Assembly (NCBI RefSeq): GCF_009914755.1
Contig: NC_060941.1
From: the human T2T-CHM13v2.0 reference genome, Homo sapiens
Length of the DNA: 64,000 nt
Strand: one strand, 5' to 3'
A model generated the notes under the pieces. That model worked only from the letters and a program-made list of their open reading frames with translations. It was not told the origin of the DNA and ran no database searches. This document shows positions 27,700 to 45,421 of this stretch, piece after piece. How positions within the stretch are numbered: the first letter of the stretch is position 1; the number at the start of each line of letters is the position of its first letter. The translations under genes and the position numbers were made by a program.

Positions 27700-28950
27700 C
27701 AAAGGGCTTATTTTAAAAAGAAAGGGAAAAAAGGTGGGGCGCGCCGTCTATCTTTTTAGAATAATTCTGTAGGAAAACGAATCGGAGGTAAAGCCATGCC
27801 CTCTGGTCAGGGTTTCTGAACTAGAAACTGCCTGAGCTTTACGCACAGGAAAGGACAGTGGCTCTTCATTCTCCCGGCCGCATCACTCGGCACCTAATTC
27901 CGCCAGGCTCCCAGAGGGGCGGTTGCAGCTACAGCCTAGCACGCCGCGTAGCCAATAAGAAGCCAGAATTCCCCCTATTCTCAAATCCTGACCAATCGGT
28001 GGCCTGAACTTTAGCTCTCTGGCCGGCGCCTCTGTTGCCCGGAAGGGAGGCAAGCCCCCTTAGAGTTGCCAGTAACGGACATGGCTGCGGCCCCCGGAGG
28101 AGGGGACGTGAAGTGAGGAGGGGGTTGGGAGGGGAGAGGACGCGGGCGAGGAAGACCAGCCCCGGGGCCCCGGTAAGTACGAGAAGGCCCGTGGCCCGAA
28201 AGTGGGGAGCAAGGGGGCGTGGGGCTCGGCCTTGCGCGTCCTTTGGATTCTTGGCCAAGGAAAGGGGAGTCTGGGGTCTGCACCCAGAGAACGGCCTAAG
28301 GGGATGCCTCCTGAGGGGGAGTCCAGGGACTGGCTCTAGTCTCCAGCTCTTGACCATTGCCTTCCCCCGAGTCTTCAGACTCTTGCTCTCAGCCCTGGAT
28401 TGGTCCATTGTGGGGTCTCTCGCCAGAAATAAAGCCTCTCGCCAACAAAGAATCCCTGCCCCAGGTCTGTCGTGCCTAGGCCCTGGCCCAGAGGGCTCCC
28501 AACGCCGACGCCCTGAGTATTTATTTCGAGGCCCCTGGGAGTCCTCATCCCCGACCTAAATAAAGACCGTTGTCCCGCCTGCGCGCGCTCTCCGCAGCCG
28601 CCCGGGGTCCTCGCGCGGCCGTCCCCAGCTGGATGGAGCCGGCCGAGGGGCTCCTGGCAGCCATCCCTGATCTTGCAGTTTGGAGCGGGCTTTTTTTTCT
28701 TTCCGCCTTTCCAGAAGCGTTTTCAGGCTCCTCGGAAGCTCACCATCCATGCCATCGGATAAAGTGACTCCTGTGGAATGCCCTCGTTCCTGTACCGCAC
28801 ACCCCTGGAGCCCAGGTCTCCTGGTTCCTAGCATGCCACGATGCGGCCCCTGCCCGCTGCCCAGCGCCAGATGCAAGCAAAGCCCCGCTCTTTCATTGGT
28901 GTGTCACCGCGGGCTAAACTTTGGCGTTGCCTTGGTCACGTGCTGCTACA
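27700..28950. promoter_or_regulatory. CpG island / TATA-less promoter of TMEM94
   Basis: Dense non-Alu CpGs. GC box GGGGCGG 27916-27922; CCAAT boxes at 27952 (AGCCAATAAGA) and 27992 (GACCAATCGG); ETS CCGGAAG 28039-28045; X-box GTTGCCAGTAAC 28065-28076; YY1-like ACATGGCTGC near 28079; E-box CACGTG 28937-28942. Confidence 0.9.
28074..28172 (+). other. TMEM94: TMEM94 exon 1 (5' UTR; start approximate)
   Basis: Lies just downstream of the promoter motifs and ends in a consensus donor CCG|GTAAGT (GT at 28173). Confidence 0.85.
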
Positions 28951-30290
28951 TCCCACCCTCTCTCCTGAGTTTTTCGGTGGCTCTTGAGGGAAAAAAGGAG
29001 GGAGCTCGTTATGGAATCTGTTTTCCTTCTGCTATGTGGGTGTATGCATTGGAGAGAAGGATCTTTTTCTCATGATTTATCCAAGACGCTCAGCTTTAGT
29101 GACATAGTTGTTATTCCGCAGGTAATCTTGGAAGATGGAAGCAGGGAGGGGGCAGTTTTAACATTTTCATTTTGCAGATGTGGAGATTGTTCGGAGAGGC
29201 AAGGCCAGGGTCACCTAGAGCCAAACTAGAATCCGAAAGTCCAGGGGCTTGAGTTCTTTATCCGCTAGACCTAGTTGTTTCCTAGGTGTGACCTGAGGAG
29301 ATCAAGTTCCCTGACTCCCCTGAGCTCTTGCAGGGTGGCTCTGGGCATTAAAAGCGATGGGCATTAAAAGTAGGATCCTCCTATGCTTCCTGGCAATGAC
29401 TAGGGTCTTCATACCTGGTTTGCATTCAGTAATTTTAAGAAGCCAGCAGGTAGTTCTCTGGCAGACTTCTTGTATTAATATTCATTGTAGTCTCTGTCTG
29501 TATTGGGGGCGTAAATTATTTTAGTGATTCTCAGGGCAGCGAGAGGCAGAGTAAGAGGAAGGTATGCCTCTTCCTTGGTTTTTGGGAACCATTACAGTGT
29601 CATTAGAGATGTTATTAACAGGAACGCGTTGCATACAGGAACAGCGTGGAGGCAGAAAAAGATTGAGAGCCATTGAAGAGAGAAGAAATGGCACTGTGGT
29701 ATCTCTTTATAGTACTTTTGGCAAAAGAAGAGCTGATCTTGGTATTCTGAAGAGGTAGTTTAAAAAAAAAGTTAGATCCTGAGGCATAACTAAAAGAATA
29801 CAAATAAATAAAAAAATTTAAAGCAATGGCACTAGTAAGGTTCAAAAGAGTCAAAGTAATGCCTGTAATCCCAGCACTTTGGGAGGCTGCTGTGGGAGGA
29901 CTACTTGAGCCCAGGAGTTTGAGATCAACCTGGGCAACACACTGACAAGAAAACCAAAAAAATTAGCTGGGCATGGTGGCATGTGCCTGTGTTCCCAGCT
30001 ACTTGGGAGGTGGATGCCAGAGGATCGCTTGAGCCCAGAAGGTCGACGCTGCAGTGAGCTGTGATCATGCCACTGCACTCACTCTAGCCTGGGCAACAGA
30101 GCAAGACTCTGTCTCCAAAAAAAAAAAAAAGAGTCATGGAATCAAAAAGTTTGAAAATCACTGTAAAGATCAGAGCACATTAAAATGTAGACTATTGGCC
30201 GGGCGCAGTGGCTCACGCCTGTAATCCCAGCACTTTGGGAGGCAGAGGCAGGCGGATCACGAGGTCAGGAGATCAAGACCATCCTGGCTA

Positions 30291-30569
<279 letters not shown>

Positions 30570-32239
30570 TCAAACATTGCAAGTCTTAGCTGCTATGTTA
30601 GCTCTAACTTCCTTGCTCACTGGTTCTCTTTGTCAAAACTGCAAACAGGGAAACTGGTGGATACTGTGGAGTAGTGCAATGACCAGGGAGGTGAAGTACA
30701 AACCATCTTCTTCATCATCAGCCCCCAAATAATTGAGAGTTAACTGCCCTTGAACCACCAGACCACCATGCCCCTTGTTTGTGGTGACTTGACATCAGAT
30801 GAGACTGGGAGAGCCAGGCCTTGACAGTGAAATGGAAGAGAAACCCCATGGCATTTCTATTTTGAGAAGTTGCTAGGTGTGCCAGCTCCTAGTGCTGAGA
30901 ACCAGCCTTTTGGAAACCTTAACTCCTGTAGAAACTAATGAGAAATGAAGGTTGTGATCGTCCTGTTCCTGCCTGCTGCTCTCTCCCTAAGTTGGGCTTG
31001 AGAAACAGTTTCTATAGGAGAGGGAGGAGTCCTAATGTAAATACCACCTACACCCAAGGCTGTATGTATTTAGCTTAATCTGATGAATCAGGTTGAACTC
31101 GTACCTTAGCAGTCTAAGCCTGAACGCCATAAAGCCTTTAAGTCCATTCCTGGTGTTCAAGTGAGAAGGTTCTGGGTCAGGCGTGGCACTGGTTGGTAAA
31201 TATGTGTCAATATTTCTTATCTTACTATTGTGTTAGTGTTGTTTTTACGATGGTGTCTTTCTTTACCAAAATGATAGGATTTAAAAATATTGTTTAAAGC
31301 CCGTTTCCAAGCAGGCCTGGGTTTGTTTATAGCAGCACAGGTGAACTAGAGGGTAGGCCATGGCTGAAACAGGAATGCTTTTCTTCCGAGCAGACCCGCC
31401 AGCCAGAATGTGTGGTTTGGTGATCAGGGGTTTGTGTAATAATAAGCTTTGCCTGTGGCCACTGAGACGGTAGTAAACAGTATGGGTCACATGGCATGAC
31501 AAGTAGGTTAAGGGCCAGATTTAGACACTGATGGCCTGCGTAAGGAGGAGCAAACCACACACTGCTTGCTTTGGGTTTCTCTAGCTCCCAAGGCCAGAAG
31601 TGATGGGAGAGGGGTGAGGGGTGTCAGAGAGAAGAACCTTGAAAGGCTTAGAGTGGTATTTGAGGAACCATAAATTTTAGTGTACTATAATTAAATGAAC
31701 CCAATTTTCATAACTTCAAGGGCTTCTTGAAAAAGGGGTTCATGGTACCAGTCTTGCTTGGTAGGGAGGTGAATAGAAAAATACTGGGAAACACTTAAAA
31801 AAGATGTATGCTGGACAAAGACTCAGGTGTACTGAAAGAGCGTAAACCTTCATTATGTTGACGTGAAAGCCAAGTAGGGAATGTTGCTTAGCTATAAGGC
31901 AGAGCCTATTGCAAAATCAGAATCAGGAGCTGCTGATTTTTTTTTTTTTTTTTGAGACAGAACTTGCTCTGTAGCCCATGTTGGAGTGCAGTGGTGTGAT
32001 TACGGCTTACGGCAGCCTTGATCTTCTGGGCTCAGGTGATCCTTCCACCTTAGCCCCCTGAGTAGCTGGGACCACAGGCACATGCCACCACACCTGGCTA
32101 ATTTTTGTATTTTTTACAGAGACGGTTCTTGCCCTGTTGCCCAGGCTGGTCTCAAACTCCTGTGCTCAAGGGATCTGCCTGCCTCGGCCTCCCAAAGTGC
32201 TGGAATTACAGGTGGCCAGAAGTTGCCGATTTTTAAAAT

Positions 32240-32515
32240 TAAGGAAAAAAATACATAGTATAACATTTTCCATTGTAACCAGTTCTGTGGCATTAAGTAC
32301 ATTTGCATTGTTGTGCAACCCTCATCACCATCCATCTCCAGAACTTTCTTAGTTTCCCAAACTGAAACTCTGTCACCATTAAACATTTAACTCCCCATTT
32401 CCCCCCTGCTCCCACCCCCGGCAACCATCTTTCTACTTTCTGTCTCTGTGATTTTGACTATTCTAGAAACCTCATATAAGAGGAATCATACAACATTTGT
32501 CCTTTTGCGATTGGC
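32240..32515 (-). mobile_element. L1MB-like 3' UTR fragment
   Basis: gcattaagtacatt...ttgtgcaacc...catccatctccagaact...aaactctgt.ccattaaaca. Confidence 0.8.
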
Positions 32516-33156
32516 TTTTTTTTTTTTTTTTTTTTTTGAGACAGAGTTTTGCTCTATTGCCCAAGGCTGGAGTGCAGTGGTGTGGTCTCAACTTACTGCA
32601 ATCTCCGCCTCCCGAGTTCAAGCAATTCTCCTGCCTCAGCCTCCGGAGTAGCTGGGAATATAGGTGCACACTACCGTGCCCGGCTAATTTTTGTATTTTT
32701 AGTAGAGCCGGGGTTTCGCCATGTTGGCCATGCTGATGTCGAACTCCTGACCCCAGATGATCCGCCTGCTTCGGCCTCCCAAAGTGCTGGGATTACAGGC
32801 ATGAGCCACCGTGTCCAGCCTGAAGTTGCTGATCTTTTAAAGACATATTGGATACATTCACATGGTTTGAAAATCAAAAGGCACAAAAGTATATGTATTC
32901 AAGGGCAGAAAAAAGTATAAAAAAGAATTTTTTTAAAAAGTATATATAGTAAAAATTCTTCCTGCTCCCAACCATTCCCTAGCCACTCAGTTCCAATTTA
33001 TTAATTTTTCCTTTTGTGGATTATGCTTTTGGTACTGAATCTAAGAAATGTAATCCACAGTAGGCCGGGCGCAGTGGCTCACGCCTGTAATCCCAGCATT
33101 TTGGGAGGCCGAGGTGGGCGGATCACGAAGTCAGGAGATCGAGACCATCCTGGCTA

Positions 33157-33384
<228 letters not shown>

Positions 33385-33399
33385 CTATCTCCTATATAA

Positions 33400-33615
<216 letters not shown>

Positions 33616-33879
33616 TAGTAGAGACAGGGTTTCATCATGTTGGCCAGGATGGTCTCGATCTCTTGACCTCGTGATCTGCCGGTCTCGATCTCTTTACCTC
33701 GTGATCTGTCAGCCTCGACCTCCCAAAGTGCTGGGATTACAGGCGTGAGCCACTGCGCCTGGCCTGAATGTCTTTTATAAGCAGAGTTGAGCATCTTTGC
33801 ATATGGAGAAGCTATTGGATTTTTGGTTTCACATTCTCTCAGGGTTAGAATTGTCTTCCTACCCTCCACCTCATGTATT

Positions 33880-35355
<1,476 letters not shown>

Positions 35356-35959
35356 TTTTGGTGTGTTGGGCATGGCTGGCTTACAAGCACAGCTAATGAA
35401 GATTGTGCTAGAAGGGATTAGAAGGACAGCCAACTCCTCATCTTGCCCTCAACCTGAGCCTTGGGCTCCCACTTAGTTCTTTTTGACCTTGTTTCTGAGC
35501 TTGGCAGCAGGAGGCATCCACCCCTTTGTCTTCATGGCTACTGTTGCCAGCTTTGTCTAGATACTTGGCATGGCAAACCAAGATTATCATCATTTTCTTC
35601 TAACTCTTCTGCCTATAATTTCTTTCCTTTTCCCTCTGATCCATTTTCTACCCTCTTAAAATACTGAGAACAGCCTGGGCAACATAGACCCTGTCTCCAA
35701 AAAAAAAATGGTCAGGCATAGTGGCACATACCTGTGATCCTAGCTACTCGGGAGGCTGAGGTGGGAGGATCACTTGAGCCTGGGAAGTTGAGGTACAGTG
35801 AGCTGTGATCGCACCACTGTACTCCAGGCTGGGCAATAGGGTGAGGCCTTGTCTCAAACAAACAAACAAACAAACCTGGGGCCTACTCAGAAACCCAGAC
35901 TCTTCAGTGACTCCTCAGAGCCTCTCCATTTTGGCCCCTTATCCCTGTGTATTTTTTCA

Positions 35960-36078
35960 TTTTCTTTCTTTCTTTCTTTCTTTCCTTCCTTCCTTCCTTC
36001 CTTCCTTCCTTCCTTCCTTCCTTCCTTCCTTCCTTCCTTCTTTCTTTCTTTCTTTCTTTCCTCTTTTCTTTCTTTCTT
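35960..36078. repeat. (TTTC)n/(CCTT)n tetranucleotide STR (polypyrimidine tract)
   Basis: Read directly; sits at the tail of an antisense Alu. Confidence 0.93.
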
Positions 36079-36080
36079 GA

Positions 36081-36215
<135 letters not shown>

Positions 36216-36469
36216 TGATTTTTGTATTTTTAGTGGAGATGGGGTTTCTCCATGTTGGTCAGGCTGGTCTTGAACTCCCGACCTCAGGTGATCCACCCAC
36301 CTCAGCTTCCCAAAGTGCTGGGATTACAGGCATGAGCCACTGCACCCGGCTCTTTTTGTTGTTGTTGTTAGAGACAGGGTCTCACTCCGTTTCCCAGGCT
36401 GGAGTGTAGTGGCGTGATCATAGCTCCCTGCAGCCTTGAACTCCTGGTCTCAAGATCCTCCTGCGTCAG

Positions 36470-38860
<2,391 letters not shown>

Positions 38861-38868
38861 TTTTTCTT

Positions 38869-39176
<308 letters not shown>

Positions 39177-39259
39177 CCATTTCTTTTTCTTCCACCTTGC
39201 TTTTGAGTCCTTATTCTTCACCTAAGTGGCACTTGGTTCATATTTTTTGCTTGCTGCTG

Positions 39260-39510
39260 ATAGTAATGGCAGTTGTTTATTGAGTACCTACTATATGTCA
39301 AATATTATACTAGACCCCCTGCATATACTATTTTTCATAATTCTATAGCTCCTCTGTGAAATAGATATTGTCATTTCCATTCTATGAACAAAGACACTGA
39401 GGCTCAGAGGGACAAATAATTTGCCAAGGTCATTGGCGTTTGAGACATACTGGAGCTAGGATTTGAACCCGGGGATATTTGGCTTTGAATCCTGTGCTTT
39501 TTTTCACAAT
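39260..39510 (-). mobile_element. MIR
   Basis: ttattgagtacctactatatg...gacactgaggctcagagg...ggatttgaaccc. Confidence 0.8.
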
Positions 39511-40689
39511 GGGCTAGGAGCAGAACTGGCCCTTTAAAGACCCTGCTACGGGTTTCATATCAGACAGTTAAGAATGGCTGTCTCCCAGAATCCCATGTAT
39601 GGAATGATGGGAAAACAGAGACTCTTAGAAAAATGTCCTGTTCCTGGCTGCCCTCTCTGTACTGCTGTGGTTCCAGCTGGCCACAGAGTGATTTTGCCTT
39701 TGCAGCGTTGGCAGAAGGAGTTAACAGGCACAGTCCCCATCTGGCTCCTGGTGTTTTTCCCTGTGTGGCAACGATCTCATCCAGCCCCTGCTGGGATGGG
39801 GTGTCATGGGGACCTTGAGCTGCAGTCGTAAGCAGGACTGGGGCAGCCTGAGTCAGACAGTGGCCTTGGGGAGGAGTGGATTTGGTCCCTCAGGATCCCA
39901 TTTCAGTTGGCGACCAAAGACTGAATGTCACTGCATTGCAAGGCCACTTCCAGCGTCACTGTCTGTATCTGAGCCTTCGAGACTGGCTCAGCTTTGAAAG
40001 GCAGGGGTGGAAGAGACGTGGTTGCTCAGCCTAGGGCACCAGCATGGGTGCCACCTTGAGAGGAATTGGGCGGGGTTTTGGAGTGGAGTTGGTGGCAGAA
40101 CCTGGGCCTTCTGGTTGGGTCCTCCGGACACAGCTTTTATTATTTCTTGACAGCTTTTTTCTGGGTCAGTTCTGGGTTTCTGCCTGGCACCCCTTGACAA
40201 GGCTTGCTCCTGGCCCCCAAAAGAGCTGTCTTAGTCAGTAGGTTAGTGCTTTCTCCAAGAGGAGTCGCTTGGCATCAAACCAGATTGCTCAGTGTCACTC
40301 TTTACTCAAACACACCCTGGTCTGAGATCATTAGAGTGACGGCTGCCAGGACGGGAGGGTGAGGGCTGGTGAGGGTAGGTGGGGAGGTAGGGCAAACCTC
40401 ATTTTCCAGGTAACCAGCCCGCTTTTGTCGGACCTGTTGTCAGATTGGGCTGCCCATCGTGTGTTCATCTGCTCAGGTGCCTGTTGAGCACTGCACTCAA
40501 CCACGTGAGGGGCTGCGGGCTTGCACATGCTGGTGAGTGTGGCGTCTGACTGCCAGCACGTGGAAAGAAGTCAGTGCCTCGTTCTGGGGATGCAGTGGAC
40601 ATCCACCCTGCTGCTGTCCCAGCTGCCCCCTTATTATCCAACTTACATATCTAGATTTCACTTGATGTTAAGGCTAACCTTAACCCTAA

Positions 40690-40812
<123 letters not shown>

Positions 40813-41310
40813 TGAGTAGCTGGGATTACAGGCGCCCACCACCACGCCTGGCTAATTTTTGTATTTTTAGTAGAGATGGGGTTTCATCATATTGGCCAGG
40901 CTGGTCTGGAACTCCTGACCTCAAGTGATCTGCCTGCCTCGGCCTCCCAAAGTGCTGGGATTGCAGGCGTGAGCCACTGTGCTCGGCCTTAACCCTAAAT
41001 TTTTAAAATGCTGACTGGGTGTAGTGGCTCATGCCTGAAATCTCAGCACTTTGAGAAGCCGAGGCGGGCAGATCACTTGAGGTCAGGAGCTCATGACCAG
41101 CCTGAGCAACATAGCAAGACCCCATCTCTACCAAAGAAGTAGTGATAATAAATAAAAATGCCAATAAATCCTTTGGGAGGCCGAGGTGGGTGGATCACCT
41201 GAGGTCGGGAGTTTGAGACGAGCCTGACCAACATGGTGAAACCCCGTCTCTAGTAAAAATACAAAAATTAGCTGGGCGTGGTGGCACATGCCTGTAATCC
41301 CAGCTACTCA

Positions 41311-41415
<105 letters not shown>

Positions 41416-41573
41416 TCAAACAAAAAAAGCCAATAAACCAAGGCTTTTCCTGCATGCTGTAATTCAGTGATAAACAGAGTACATATGGAACAAAACACAG
41501 TGTGCCTTTGAAAATGAAGGTTGAGGCTGGGCACAGTGATTCACGCCTGTAGCCTGTAGTCCCAGAACTTTTA

Positions 41574-42357
<784 letters not shown>

Positions 42358-43140
42358 TCACAAGGTCAGGAGTTCAAGACCAGCCTGGCCAATATGGTGA
42401 AACCCCGTCTTTACTAAAAATACAAAAATTAGCCGGGCGTGGTGGCAAGTGCCTGTGATCCCAGCTACTTGGGAGGCTGCAGCAGGGAATTGCTGGAACC
42501 CAGGAGGTGGAGGTTGCAACAATGAGCCAAGATTGGGTCATAGCACTCCAGCCTGGGCAACAGAGTGAGAATCCGTCTCAAAAAAAAAAAAAAAAGAAAG
42601 AAAGAAAGAAAGAAAATGAAGGGTGAAAGAGAGAAAGTTTGTACCCCTCCAGAATCCTCTCTGTAGCCCTCTCCCTCCTGGATTCAGAGAGTGGAATTCA
42701 TCTAGAGCTGACTGCCTGGGGGAAGCTCTGCTGCTCGATGAGGCTGACTCTGTCTGATGGTCAGTGAGTTCAGTACTTTTCCGCGTACCATACTGTGGTT
42801 TAGATGATACTATTATGTTGGGTGGCTGAGGCGGGCAGATCACTTGAGGTCAGGAGTTTGAGACCAGCCTGGCTAACATGGCAAAACCCTGTCTCTACTG
42901 AAAAATACAAAATTAGCTGGGCATGGTGATGCACGCCTGTCATCCCAGCTACTCGGAAGCAAGAGAATCGCTTGAACCCAGGAGACAGAGTTTGCAGTGA
43001 GCCGAGATCGCGCCACTGCACTCCAGCCTGGGCGACAGAGTGAGACTCCGTCTCAAAAAAAAAAAAAAATGATGCTGTTGTGTTTCACAGTAGCTGCCTG
43101 TTCCAGCAACCTGAGTGATTTCTTTCTTCTTTTTCCCCAG

Positions 43141-43246
43141 ATGTTGTGACTGTGACAGACTCACTGGGGTTTGTACATGCTGGGGAGGAGCCTTCCTTTC
43201 AGGGGTGACCACATTCATCTGGGCATGCCTGCAGTACTCTTGGCCC
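43141..43246 (+). other. TMEM94: TMEM94 exon 2, 5' UTR part
   Basis: Strong polypyrimidine acceptor tttctttcttctttttccccAG ends at 43140. Confidence 0.88.
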
Positions 43247-43270
43247 ATGGACCTGAAGGAGAAGCACCTG
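43247..43270 (+). CDS. TMEM94: TMEM94 exon 2 coding part (MDLKEKHL)
   Basis: ATG at 43247 (cccATGG); donor CTG|GTAGGC; phase 0 into exon 3. Confidence 0.92.
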
Positions 43271-43887
43271 GTAGGCCATATCCTATTACCTTATAGGTAT
43301 TGTCTGTGTGTCTCTGTTGAACTCTTTCCTACTTGTTTTTGCCTGGGAGATCCTTAACTGGGGGCTTTAAACAAAAGTTGAGAGAGGAGGCAAGGCTCTG
43401 AGTCTTGGGGGATGCGACTGTGACCTCTTGGCTGGAAAGCACAGACTCACAGAGCTATGAATAAAGGATGAAGGTGGACCTATTAACACAACCGCATGGG
43501 AGCAGGGTTTCTGATTTAGGCTGGCTCCAAGCCAGTCTTCCACTTCTTGCCCAGGGGTGTGCAATTTAGTTTGTTTGCCCTTTGCTAGGGCGATGTCCTA
43601 ACCTGCTGAGCCATGCTGAGGGCTATTGGGCACCTCCCTGTGGTTAGAGAAGAGCGCCCCAATCAGACTTCAAACACAGCTGCCTAATCAGCCAGTGGTG
43701 AGCAGCCAGGTGGCCTGGGCCAGCCATAAGATTGGTCTTCTCCTCCCAGCCTGGTTTGGCCCAGCCTCCATGTATACTATCTTTGGATGGAGGTAGAGTT
43801 GTCAATCAGAAAACTCCTCTCCCTTGACAAAGACTGCCCCAGAGGAAGTCCTTTTGTCTCTTGCCTAGCTTCTGCCACACCTTCCTA

Positions 43888-44058
<171 letters not shown>

Positions 44059-45142
44059 TTAACCTTTAGTGTGTACAAAGCCCTCCAGAATCCTGCTCCT
44101 GCCCATGGATTTGGTGTTCCTAGCCTTCCTGCTTTGACTTTAGCACTAGTTATTACCTCTAAAATGCTTCCCACCCCTTTTTCTGGAAACTTCTTCTGTT
44201 CTTCCTTCAAGACCTAGTTTTGACATCATTTTCTCCAGTTAAGTCCTCCTTCCTTCCAGAGGTCCTTCCTTTCAGCATTTGTAGTACCTCCACCATTGTA
44301 CTCGCTATTCTATTGAAATTAACTCATCTCTTCCACTTCATCTCAATATCCCTAGCTCACAGCACCGAGCCTGGCATGTAGCAAGGGCTTAGTACATATT
44401 TATTGACCTGAACTTCTGAATAGTGATCTTCCTTCCAGGGAGATCTTGGGAAGGTCTAGAGAGGGGGCTGTGGGTTCACTCCCTGGGCCTCTGCTGGCAC
44501 CAGGCTGGCTGACTGCTTTCTGTTCAGCTCCAGGCTTCCTATGTCTCTGGACCAGCTGTGCAATAGGTTTCTGGAATTGAACTTGAAGCAGGTGTGCTTG
44601 GCCTCCTGTTCATAGCCACCTCTGGGTGCTCAGCAGATATCCACCCTAGCAGTGATTGGCACAGAGGGAAAGCTACACTTGCCTCTCTCTTAGCTGGGAG
44701 TTAAGGCTGCTGCAAACAGCTGCAAGGGCTCTGCACTGCTCAGTTCCAAGGAGTATGTCCCCAGAGGCTCTGCTGTTATGCAATGCGGTGGCCTGCCTGG
44801 GTGAGGCTGAATCCCCCAAAACAGAGGATGGTATTGTCTTCTGGTTCCAGCCAGAACCACTGAACACTAGTGCCTAGTGTATGGGGGAAACAAAGTTCTG
44901 TATCGAAGGGCTGGGTGCTCTCTCCAGCCTGAGGAAGAAGACTTGAGAACCCAGCTGGATAGCTCTCAGGGGCCATTTTTCCTGGAGGGTTTCTCTTTGT
45001 CCTCCTCCTCTTTCTGGATAGGTGAGCCCTGACCTGGAAAGCATCGTCAGTCATCCTTGGCAGTCACCATATTGTGGAATGGCAGCTTTGGGTTGGCAGA
45101 GCTTTAGGCACCAGGGAGGTGGCCCCGGCTTAGAGAGGCTTA

Positions 45143-45421
<279 letters not shown>

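Noticed and set aside
27910-27924. CTCF-like CCCAGAGGGGCGG (similar at about 60861)
   Set aside because: The core mismatches the CTCF consensus and is better read as a GC box.
27929-29075. 130-175 aa ORFs on both strands at the promoter
   Set aside because: Stop-codon depletion in a CpG island gives low-complexity R/G/P/A-rich translations.
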